A model generated the notes under the pieces. The model had not been told where the DNA came from. It ran no database searches and was given only the letters and a program-made list of their open reading frames with translations. A stretch of 64,000 nt of DNA from Candidatus Woesearchaeota archaeon (GTDB lineage Archaea > Nanobdellota > Nanobdellia > SCGC-AAA011-G17 > JACPNG01). Made by a program: the position numbers and the translations under genes. The stretch's first letter is position 1, and every line of letters begins with the position of its first letter. Of this stretch, positions 36,114 through 45,691 are shown piece by piece. The stretch lies in the NCBI GenBank assembly GCA_018303365.1, contig JAGVYI010000016.1, positions 15,330 through 79,329 on the forward strand, read 5' to 3'.

Positions 36114-36632
36114 ATGAAATCTCGCGTTTTTGTTAATAAGGTAGAGATAGAGCATCTTAATTGGCTGAGTGTTTGCACAGGTGTTCCTATTTCGTATAAG
36201 GGTGGTGTAGATTTAGCAAACGAGGCAATAGGTATTGAACTTAAGTCACGCCTTCTAAAACCTCGTTCTATAGAGCCTTATCCTAACTTCGCTGTTCATG
36301 AATATCAGTTCAAGTTGTTTCCTGAAGAGAAGCCTGACAGGGAACTTTTTTGGGCGTTTATGCTTTATAACCTTGACATCCCTATTTCTTCTATTAGGGG
36401 CGATAGTGATTTAAAAAAGTATATTGTTGATAGGAGAGTTTGGTTTTTTGATTGGGGTTATGTCAGTCAATTTCCAGTATCAAACGTAAAGACAGGGCCT
36501 TATATTTATGTGCATGGCCGGTCTTTTGCCTCTGAGAAATTCAACTCTTTTGAAGTAGAAGGCGGCTTATTGTATTTTCCTGTTGGTTCTTCATTAGAGG
36601 AGAAGCTTTCTTTTTTGACGAAAAACAATTGA
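36114..36632 (+). CDS. Hypothetical protein with a possible PD-(D/E)xK nuclease-like motif.
   Basis: GGVDLANEAIGIELK gives D...E.K spacing. Weak. Confidence 0.25.
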   Translation: MKSRVFVNKVEIEHLNWLSVCTGVPISYKGGVDLANEAIGIELKSRLLKPRSIEPYPNFAVHEYQFKLFPEEKPDRELFWAFMLYNLDIPISSIRGDSDLKKYIVDRRVWFFDWGYVSQFPVSNVKTGPYIYVHGRSFASEKFNSFEVEGGLLYFPVGSSLEEKLSFLTKNN

Positions 36633-36721
36633 AGAAATTCAAGGAGACTTAGAGAAAACTATAGCTAATTCTAGAGGGTATTTTTATATCTATTTTTGTA
36701 AAGGGTTAATTTTCATGTTTT

Positions 36722-37126
36722 TTACTTAGAAATTACCATTTTTAATGACCACCTGCCACTTCCCAGAAGAGCAAGAGAACTTGTTGCTCCTAGAAGAAGA
36801 AAGACAAGCTCTATTCCTCCGTCTTGAATGAAAAATCCGTTTTTGAGATGTACTGTAAAAAGTGCGACTGCCATATCCATTGCAAGAAGCGTGCTTGCTA
36901 GCTTTGTAAGTATTCCTAGCAGTATCGCAATACCCCCAAAAAATTCTAGTATTGCTAGAGCCCATGCTGCTAGCGCCGGAAATGGCACACCAATATTTGT
37001 GAGAAGTCCTGTGAATCCAGGTATGCCTCCAAACAGCTTTACGTATCCGTGTGCAATAAATATTACTCCTACAACAACGCGTAGTATAAGTAAAGCTATT
37101 CCTTTTTTATTCTGCATGTGATTCAA
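36722..37126 (-). CDS. DoxX-family membrane protein.
   Basis: Four TM helices and a DoxX-like N-terminus, ILRVVVGVIFIAHGYVKLFGG. Confidence 0.6.
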   Translation of the reverse strand: MNHMQNKKGIALLILRVVVGVIFIAHGYVKLFGGIPGFTGLLTNIGVPFPALAAWALAILEFFGGIAILLGILTKLASTLLAMDMAVALFTVHLKNGFFIQDGGIELVFLLLGATSSLALLGSGRWSLKMVISK

Positions 37127-37582
37127 GAGTATCTTTAATTCAAATATCTTTCAGGTTTTTTTATTCTTGAACTTTATTCGGTGTCATGGAGATGTGCAAG
37201 CAATTTCTCTAGATCGGGAATCGGGATTTCTACATGACCCCAAACCTTCGCCTCAATACTATCATCAACATCATTGCGACCTGCTTTTCTAACACAATTT
37301 ATATGGACTGCTTCTCTGGACTGGGTAATTGTATAATAATCATAAATGACGTCAGGCTTACCATTTCTATGCCTCGGAATTAAATTTTCCATAACCCTTC
37401 CATCATGGCCTTCGTAGATTGTCTCACCGTTCCGCTTCAAAATATAATAATCCATACCGATAAAGGCATCAACTACCTTATAGAAATATGTGTTGGTAAA
37501 TATGAGTTTTTCAAAAATATTCTTTAATAGCATGAACTTTTGTAATGAGGTTACCCTTTGCTCTTTTCTGTGGCCAATCATT

Positions 37583-37628
37583 TCGCCCTTTCGAGGCGAA
37601 GACCCGGGTTCAAATCCCGGCCGGAGCA
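37583..37628 (+). tRNA. tRNA-Glu (anticodon UUC) 3' portion, positions ~27-73. No canonical 5' acceptor or D-stem is found upstream.
   Basis: Anticodon arm UCGCC-CUUUCGA-GGCGA, T-arm CCGGG-UUCAAAU-CCCGG, acceptor 3' CCGGAGC-A. Upstream GCUC....GUGGCCAAUCAU resembles a degraded tRNA-Glu 5' part. Confidence 0.5.
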
Positions 37629-37648
37629 CTTTGTTTCTGATATAGAGA

Positions 37649-38350
37649 ATGTTCTTTGTTTCTTTATCTTATATCATCCTTAACGTCAATATTTATAAAC
37701 CGCGTCTATTTTTGGTGCCACTCATGATAGTCTTGACAATGGCCTTTAGGTTTGCAGTTGTATTCATATTCGCACTTGTTTTTGGACTAGAGAGACAGAG
37801 GGCACATAAGCCTATTGGGTTTGGTACATTCGTCTTTGTATCTATCGGGGCTTGTGCTTTAGCATTAATTTCAGTAATTACGAACCAAGGAGGGTCGTTA
37901 CCTTTACTTGCGGCTATCGTTACCGGAATTGGATTTTTAGGAGCTGGTGCCTTAATTAAGACTACAGATAAAATATTTGGATTTACAACAGCGGCTAGTA
38001 TATGGTTATTTTCAATAATTGGACTTACAATTGGGATTGGGGAATATATTGTGGGATCTATTCTTTACTTTCTTTGTTGGATGGTTGTCTTTATTGATAG
38101 ACAACTTGAGAATAGGGGTATTGGGTCTTATCAAAAGAAGATAACCATACGAACTACAAAAGATATAACATCTGAAGAACTTCATTCTGTACTTCAAGCA
38201 AAAAGATATAAACTTGTAAGTGTTGAGATTAATACTAAATCTCATGAGTATTTTATAACCTTGCTGTTGGAGGGTGCTAAGGCGGATATAAATGACCTTC
38301 CAAAAAGGCTTTTTAAGGTGTCCTGGGTGGCATCTTTTAAAATAGAATAA
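37649..38350 (+). CDS. mgtC: MgtC/SapB-family membrane protein.
   Basis: ALVFGLERQRAHKPIGFGTF...GIGFLGAGALIK signature. The start may be the internal Met at 37703. Confidence 0.65.
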   Translation: MFFVSLSYIILNVNIYKPRLFLVPLMIVLTMAFRFAVVFIFALVFGLERQRAHKPIGFGTFVFVSIGACALALISVITNQGGSLPLLAAIVTGIGFLGAGALIKTTDKIFGFTTAASIWLFSIIGLTIGIGEYIVGSILYFLCWMVVFIDRQLENRGIGSYQKKITIRTTKDITSEELHSVLQAKRYKLVSVEINTKSHEYFITLLLEGAKADINDLPKRLFKVSWVASFKIE

Positions 38351-38428
38351 TTTTACCTCAGTTATATCCCTTTTGACTTAGACTTTTGAGAAAGCTTTAT
38401 AAATCGCCTTTTGAGAAATGACTTTCAG

Positions 38429-38530
38429 ATGAAGCGAAGTTCACGACGTTGGAAGAAAAAGGGTCAAATGCGCTGGAAATGGCAGCGTAAGCGAATGAAA
38501 AAGGAAAGACGCAAGCGTCGTGCCAAGTAG
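38429..38530 (+). CDS. rpl41e: Ribosomal protein L41e (33 aa). Not in the ORF track.
   Basis: Translates to MKRSSRRWKKKGQMRWKWQRKRMKKERRKRRAK, which matches the archaeal L41e pattern (KRSSRRWKKKGRMRWKW). Confidence 0.65.
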   Translation: MKRSSRRWKKKGQMRWKWQRKRMKKERRKRRAK

Positions 38531-38538
38531 TTCTGGCT

Positions 38539-38829
38539 ATGAATACTATTACTCAAAAAAGGCTTAAGAAATACTTTCAACTAACAAGCGAAGCTTTGAC
38601 CGAGGCTAAGGCTTCTTTGGAGAATCCTTCTTTTGATGGTGCTCGTGCTGATTTTTTAGATATGATTGAGCGTTACCTTTCTGATGCAGACTACTTTGCT
38701 AAGAAAGGGGATGTTGTGACAGCATTTGCAGCTCTCAATTATGCCCATGGCTGGCTTGATGCTGGTGCCAGCGTTGGTCTTTTCAAGGTTCATAATAACA
38801 GGCTTTTCACTGTTGATGATGTTGACTAA
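38539..38829 (+). CDS. Conserved hypothetical protein.
   Basis: ORF immediately downstream of L41e. Confidence 0.35.
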   Translation: MNTITQKRLKKYFQLTSEALTEAKASLENPSFDGARADFLDMIERYLSDADYFAKKGDVVTAFAALNYAHGWLDAGASVGLFKVHNNRLFTVDDVD

Positions 38830-39443
38830 AGATTCTTTATTACTATGTTTGGTAAAAATTTATTCCTGAATTCAAATAGAACTGTTACTTCTGTTTCAAT
38901 ATCTATATTTTTAAACATTTTATGTAATTTATCTAGAAATCCTTTAATCTTATTATTATCATTAAATAAGAACGTCCCAATTAAATCATACTCTCCTTCA
39001 AGTTTTGCTGCAAGGTAGCACAAACTTTCATTTTTTATAAAGTCATATACTTTATTGACGAATTCTTTTCTCTTAATCTTAAATATTATATTATAAGGAC
39101 TGTAACCCATTCTTAGAGAATTAAATATTGTGTGATATGCTTTAATTATCCCCTCCTTCTTTAATTTTTTCATCCTGTTAATAATTGTTTTGCTATCAAC
39201 ATTTAACTTATTTGCAATCTTGCTTGCAGGGATTCTTGCCTCTTCTTCTAAACATTCAAGTATTTGAATATCAATCTTATCCACCTTGGTCTTCTGTTTA
39301 TCTTCTTTTTCTTTCCTTTGATTTATCTTTATGCCGAATAGGTTATATGGGGGTGTTTCATATCTTGAGATTGTGGAAACTTTTATGTCTGCGTACTTGG
39401 TTATTAGATATAATTTAGATAATTGTTCTTGGAATTCATTCAT
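38826..39443 (-). CDS. Lrp/AsnC-family transcription regulator (HTH plus RAM domain).
   Basis: HTH DIQILECLEEEARIPASKIANKLNVDSKTIINRMKKLKKEGII, followed by an AsnC-type ligand-binding domain. Confidence 0.65.
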   Translation of the reverse strand: MNEFQEQLSKLYLITKYADIKVSTISRYETPPYNLFGIKINQRKEKEDKQKTKVDKIDIQILECLEEEARIPASKIANKLNVDSKTIINRMKKLKKEGIIKAYHTIFNSLRMGYSPYNIIFKIKRKEFVNKVYDFIKNESLCYLAAKLEGEYDLIGTFLFNDNNKIKGFLDKLHKMFKNIDIETEVTVLFEFRNKFLPNIVIKNL

Positions 39444-39598
39444 GTCTTTTGCTATAACTGTTATTGTTACATTATAAAAACTTGAAGTTGTAGATATTCC
39501 AATATAAAAATCAAGATTTTCTAATTCTTTGAGGATGTTTTCTGTTAAGTTGACCTTGAGGAATATAATCTTTGTGAAGTATCCAAGATTTTTAAAAT

Positions 39599-39889
39599 CT
39601 ATAACTTATTAAGTGTTGATGACTTACTTAACTTTATTTTTTTTGATATGTTTGTTATTGGTTCCCTTGCATTGCTGATTAGATTTTCAATAATAACTTT
39701 GTATTTTCTATCCACTCTTTCTTTATAGTTTATCATTTTATCTGTTATTATAGAACTATTAGGAGTATTATATATAATACTTTCCTTTGTGTTCCATATA
39801 TCTGTGGTAACATCTATAAACTTTGAAGTACGCTGCAATGTATGGCTTGGATATCTCCTGTAATTGGTGGGACAATAATCAAACCACAT
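39599..39889 (-). pseudogene. Lrp-like HTH fragment; possibly the disrupted N-terminal part of a tandem-Lrp gene.
   Basis: A second HTH, NLISNAREPITNISKKIKLSKSSTLNKL, lies 155 nt upstream of the Lrp gene on the same strand with no continuous frame. Confidence 0.25.
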
Positions 39890-40876
39890 AATGATTTATC
39901 TTCCCAGTCAAATAGTAAGCTTAAATCCCCATTAATTGCTAGTGTAGAAATAAACCAGAATTGTATGCTCAGCTGTTCTTATTGTTATTTGAATAGGAGG
40001 GAGAAAAGCAACCATGTTTTAACAGAGGGGGCTTTAAAATATACCATTGATGAAATGACGAGGGTTGGTGTTTCTATCATAACTCTTGCTGGAAAGGAGA
40101 TCTTCTTTGATGATAAGGGTATAAACATTCTTAAATTTCTCGACTCTTTAAAGATAAAAAAGGGTAATTTAAGATATGGATTTATAACTAACGGTTATCT
40201 TCTTCCTAAGTATTTGCCTAAACTTAAAAAAATTGATTTTGATTGGATGGATATTTCTATTGATAGTTTTACAAATGGTAGTAAATCTTACAAAAATGTG
40301 GCAAGAGTTATTTGGGAGCTAGCTAACGATGAGGTTTTATCAAATAAACTGACTATTAGCAGTATCCTTTCTGAAGACAATAGTCTGGATTTGCTTGATT
40401 TAAGTTTACATTTGGATAAAATAGGGATTAAGCACCAGACAATAACCCCCAACTTCGATCAAAATCAAGATAGTTTAGTCCCATTACAAAAATATGTGGG
40501 AGTTTTTGAGAATTATGTTAATAATGGTAACTTTAAAAACTTAAAAGTATATTTTGTTGTTTCTGGAGACAAAGATAAAGAGTGGTTTAAAACCCATTAT
40601 AACCTTAAGAAAAAATTTATTGATTCCCTTGACCAAGACACTTATTATCTGGATTCAAGTGAACATATATTTGTTCTATTTCATAATCCTTTGCGTTATT
40701 TTAGATTAACAGCAGATGGCTATATTCTTCAAGGGAGGGATATCTTCCAACCAAACTACCGTGACTTTGCGGTTGGAAATGTAGAATTAGACCCTTTAGG
40801 CGACATTCTTGTTAAATTACTTAGGAAAAGCGAGGTCTTTGATTATTATATTCCACAACTTAAACTTGCAATTTAG
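39842..40876 (+). CDS. Radical SAM domain protein.
   Basis: CMLSCSYC is a CxxxCxxC motif near the N-terminus; TIM-barrel-like length. The true start may be internal. Confidence 0.55.
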   Translation: MAWISPVIGGTIIKPHNDLSSQSNSKLKSPLIASVEINQNCMLSCSYCYLNRREKSNHVLTEGALKYTIDEMTRVGVSIITLAGKEIFFDDKGINILKFLDSLKIKKGNLRYGFITNGYLLPKYLPKLKKIDFDWMDISIDSFTNGSKSYKNVARVIWELANDEVLSNKLTISSILSEDNSLDLLDLSLHLDKIGIKHQTITPNFDQNQDSLVPLQKYVGVFENYVNNGNFKNLKVYFVVSGDKDKEWFKTHYNLKKKFIDSLDQDTYYLDSSEHIFVLFHNPLRYFRLTADGYILQGRDIFQPNYRDFAVGNVELDPLGDILVKLLRKSEVFDYYIPQLKLAI

Positions 40877-40944
40877 TTTACTTTTGATTTAATAAACTGC
40901 TTCTAACCGGCTAAGTTAAATATCACTTTATCTCTATTTTTCTT

Positions 40945-41382
40945 ATGAAAGTTATTGTTGTCTCTGGAACACCCGGGACTGGTAAGACAAGATATGCGAA
41001 GAGACTAGCAAAAGAGAAGAATTATCTTTATATTGATATTAATGAGTTTGTCCTAAAACAAAAGATTCCATATGTGTATGACCGAAGACGCAAGGCAAAA
41101 GCAGTAGATATTTTTGAATTAAAACGTAAGCTTATTTCTCACTTAAAAAAACTATCTGAAAGAGGAGCTGTTATTGATTCTCATCTTGCGCATTATTTAC
41201 CAAAAAGATATGTAAGCCTTTGCATAATTATGAAATGTTCTATTCCAAAACTTAAGAGGCGCCTTAAGAGCAGGGGTTATTCGGAGGCCAAGATTTCTGA
41301 GAATGTTGATGCAGAGCTTTTTGATGTTTGCTTTAATGAGGCTTTAGAAGCTGGACATAAAGTCAAGGTGATTTTTAGTTGA
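40945..41382 (+). CDS. Fap7/adenylate kinase isoenzyme-6-like P-loop NTPase.
   Basis: VSGTPGTGKT P-loop. The size and architecture match archaeal Fap7 (KAD6). Confidence 0.6.
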   Translation: MKVIVVSGTPGTGKTRYAKRLAKEKNYLYIDINEFVLKQKIPYVYDRRRKAKAVDIFELKRKLISHLKKLSERGAVIDSHLAHYLPKRYVSLCIIMKCSIPKLKRRLKSRGYSEAKISENVDAELFDVCFNEALEAGHKVKVIFS

Positions 41383-41533
41383 GCTTTAAAGTCTTACTTA
41401 GGGTTAGCAGGCCTCTTGGTCCTTTAGTTTTTCTTTTTGGCAGCTTTCTTTGGAGGGTAGGCCACTTAATATTTTTTCCAGCTTATTTTTCTATCTTTTC
41501 CTTATCGTCTTTTTTATGCAGGGTTAATGATTT

Positions 41534-42001
41534 TTACAATGTTGTTTCTGATTCTAAGTTTTCTTTTATTTTCGAGACTATTTCTTTTTTTTCTTCTTTT
41601 GATAATTCTAAAATTGATTTTTTTGATAGAACGTCAAGGAAGTTGCTATACACGTCCTTATACATAGGAATAATATGGAAATGAAGATGCGTTACCAAAC
41701 CTCCTGTTTGTAACAGGACCACCCTTTTTGGGTTAAATGCTTTTTTAATGGCTTTTGAAATTCTAAATAATACTCTTTGCATGTCGAAATATTCTTCCTC
41801 TGACAGTTCTGTGATGTCTTCCTTGTGCTTTCTTAGTGCAAGGAGTGTATACCCTTTTGTTGGTGGGTTTATATCCAAAAATGCAATGACCTTCTTATCT
41901 TGATATATTATTCCTTTAGTTTCAATTTGATTCTTGCATATAAAACAGTCTTCTTTGGTAACCCTTTTTAATTTACTTATATCAAACTGTTTTTCTTTCA
42001 T
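41534..42001 (-). CDS. HIT-family (histidine triad) nucleotide hydrolase.
   Basis: HLHFHIIP histidine triad. Confidence 0.7.
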   Translation of the reverse strand: MKEKQFDISKLKRVTKEDCFICKNQIETKGIIYQDKKVIAFLDINPPTKGYTLLALRKHKEDITELSEEEYFDMQRVLFRISKAIKKAFNPKRVVLLQTGGLVTHLHFHIIPMYKDVYSNFLDVLSKKSILELSKEEKKEIVSKIKENLESETTL

Positions 42002-42010
42002 TATAGAAAT

Positions 42011-42199
42011 TTATTTCTTATCTTGGAAGATAGTATACCCACAGGCTCCACAAGTCTGCCTGTTACTGTGCTGTGCTAAAAAAGTTCCTGGTCCACATCT
42101 TTGGCATGAAGCTCCTTTATCTAGCTTATCGCCTTGAACTTTATATTTTTTCCATCGCTGACTTACTTTTTTATTTTTTGGTTTTGCTTTTTTTGCCAT
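42011..42199 (-). CDS. rps27ae: Ribosomal protein S27ae (eS31).
   Basis: Lys-rich N-terminus plus C4 zinc ribbon, CQRCG...CGACG. Conserved position after S24e. Confidence 0.75.
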   Translation of the reverse strand: MAKKAKPKNKKVSQRWKKYKVQGDKLDKGASCQRCGPGTFLAQHSNRQTCGACGYTIFQDKK

Positions 42200-42200
42200 T

Positions 42201-42479
42201 TTACTTCTTTTTTTCTTTCTTTCTCTTTTTTATTTCTTCTGTCTCTTTTAATGCTTCTGGTGTCTCGTATTGGTGCAAGTTTGCAGTTATTTTATTTTCT
42301 CCAAATTTACTATTGATGCGTTTTATAATGATCGTATCTTCTGTGCATCCAAGAAGGCTTGCGATCTCTTTTTTGAGTTCCTCTTTTTTTGGTATTGCCC
42401 CTTTTACTTGTGCTTCTATCAAGATTTCCTTTCTTTTGAACAAGGGATTTTCAGTTTTTTCATTTATTTTAAGGCTCAT
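42201..42479 (-). CDS. rps24e: Ribosomal protein S24e.
   Basis: NPLFKRKEILIEAQVKGAIPKKEELKKEIASLLG matches S24e. Confidence 0.8.
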   Translation of the reverse strand: MSLKINEKTENPLFKRKEILIEAQVKGAIPKKEELKKEIASLLGCTEDTIIIKRINSKFGENKITANLHQYETPEALKETEEIKKRKKEKKK

Positions 42480-42658
42480 CTTGCTTTTATTACATATTCT
42501 CCCTTTGCATTAATACCGATTTTCTTTGCAACCTCTGAGCTGTTTGCATCTAATATTGTGATTCTTCCCTGCCAATTTTCTGAGAATTCCTTTCCCTTAC
42601 ACAATGAGCATTCTTCTCCTTTTACAAAGATTTTACACTTTCTACACACTTTTCTCAC
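42476..42658 (-). CDS. spt4: Transcription elongation factor Spt4 / RNAP subunit E''.
   Basis: CRKC...CSLC zinc ribbon plus SENWQGRITILD. Confidence 0.8.
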   Translation of the reverse strand: MRKVCRKCKIFVKGEECSLCKGKEFSENWQGRITILDANSSEVAKKIGINAKGEYVIKAR

Positions 42659-43218
42659 TTTGCTTTTCCTGTTTTAGTTTTTTTCTTTAATTCTTCTTCT
42701 ATCCACTTAAGGGATCCCAGACCGACTTGCCTCATTGTTAATCCTACTTTTGGATTTGTCGGATCTTTATAGGATGTTGCGATAATTCTTGCACGGCACC
42801 TGTCCCCTACTTTCAGGTTTTTTTTGCTCTCTTTTCCTGCAAGAACTTTGCTTTTTGAGAAGCTGACAAAGTCGTCCATTGCCTGAGAGACGTGAATAAG
42901 GCCATCGATAGGGCCGATTTCTATAAATACGCCAAATTCTGCTATGTCTGTTATTCTTCCAAGGACGACTTCCTGCAAATCTGGCTTGAAAGTGTAGATT
43001 TTACACACTGTTTCGTAATAAGGGGCACCATCTCCAGGAATAATTACTCCTTCCCCAATTTCTTCCACCGTGGCTACTCCAAGAACAAAACCTAAATCTT
43101 TTGAAATATAGCCTTCAAAACGCTTATTGAGTCCGTGTAGGACCGCTTTTTTTGTATCTTCCTGGAATAGGTCTGGCGGCACCCTCACGTGGGTCTTTAT
43201 TGTTGTCTCGTAAAACAT
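42655..43218 (-). CDS. rpoE: DNA-directed RNA polymerase subunit E' (Rpb7 homologue).
   Basis: N-terminal Rpb7 fold plus S1 domain (GRITDIAEFGVFIEIGPIDGLIHVSQ). Conserved operon with Spt4-S24e-S27ae. Confidence 0.85.
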   Translation of the reverse strand: MFYETTIKTHVRVPPDLFQEDTKKAVLHGLNKRFEGYISKDLGFVLGVATVEEIGEGVIIPGDGAPYYETVCKIYTFKPDLQEVVLGRITDIAEFGVFIEIGPIDGLIHVSQAMDDFVSFSKSKVLAGKESKKNLKVGDRCRARIIATSYKDPTNPKVGLTMRQVGLGSLKWIEEELKKKTKTGKAK

Positions 43219-43230
43219 TTGTTTTTGCTC

Positions 43231-43590
43231 CTATTCCTGTGCAATTGTAAGGTATTTTTTTTGTCTGATTGTTATGATAGTTCTTCCCTGCTTTTTAAGC
43301 TTTCTTTTTAATTCTTTGTCTTGGGTTGCCACCCACCATTCTTTTTTTGTTTTGAGTATGCTATCATCCACATCCTTATTTATAGATTCTATCCTTTTTG
43401 GTTGCAGGAGTTCTAGCATAGACATCACCATTTTTTCCTTTGGTTTTCCTTTGATTTCCTGCTCTGTTTTGTCTACAATGGCTAGGGTGTGTGGATAATC
43501 ACAAATCCTTTGTATTTCCCTTTTTATATCAATTTTTTCCGCCGCACACCGAAGCAGAAAATCTGTATCCATCACTATTATTTTTTGCAT
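43231..43590 (-). CDS. PIN-domain protein; the conserved archaeal gene upstream of rpoE'.
   Basis: IIVMDTDFLL, an acidic residue in the first beta-strand, then downstream Asp residues. Confidence 0.5.
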   Translation of the reverse strand: MQKIIVMDTDFLLRCAAEKIDIKREIQRICDYPHTLAIVDKTEQEIKGKPKEKMVMSMLELLQPKRIESINKDVDDSILKTKKEWWVATQDKELKRKLKKQGRTIITIRQKKYLTIAQE

Positions 43591-43784
43591 TCTTTGCTTT
43601 CTCTTTATAAACCTTTCTTCTTTTTTAGTTCTCTTATTCTGTTTTATAAATATTTTCTGTATTTTCTGCTATTCTGCTTCTTTATGGTCTAAAATGCCTG
43701 TTTTTTGGTGTTTTTAAGCTCGAAAGGTTTTTAAACTATGGCTTGATTTTTAGTTATATCTTGCTGTTTTTTGCCTATTTGTGA

Positions 43785-45683
<1,899 letters not shown>

Positions 45684-45691
45684 GTGAGCTT

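Noticed and set aside
37174-37629. 151-aa minus-strand ORF (MLRPGFEPGSSPRKGEM...)
   Set aside because: Its N-terminus is simply the reverse complement of the tRNA-Glu 3' portion (T-arm/acceptor). The rest runs antisense through AT-rich intergenic DNA. It has no RBS and is not a credible gene.
42073-42677. Plus-strand ORFs (60-146 aa) opposite the S27ae-S24e-spt4 operon
   Set aside because: They are low-complexity Phe/Leu/Ser-rich antisense translations of Lys-rich ribosomal protein genes.
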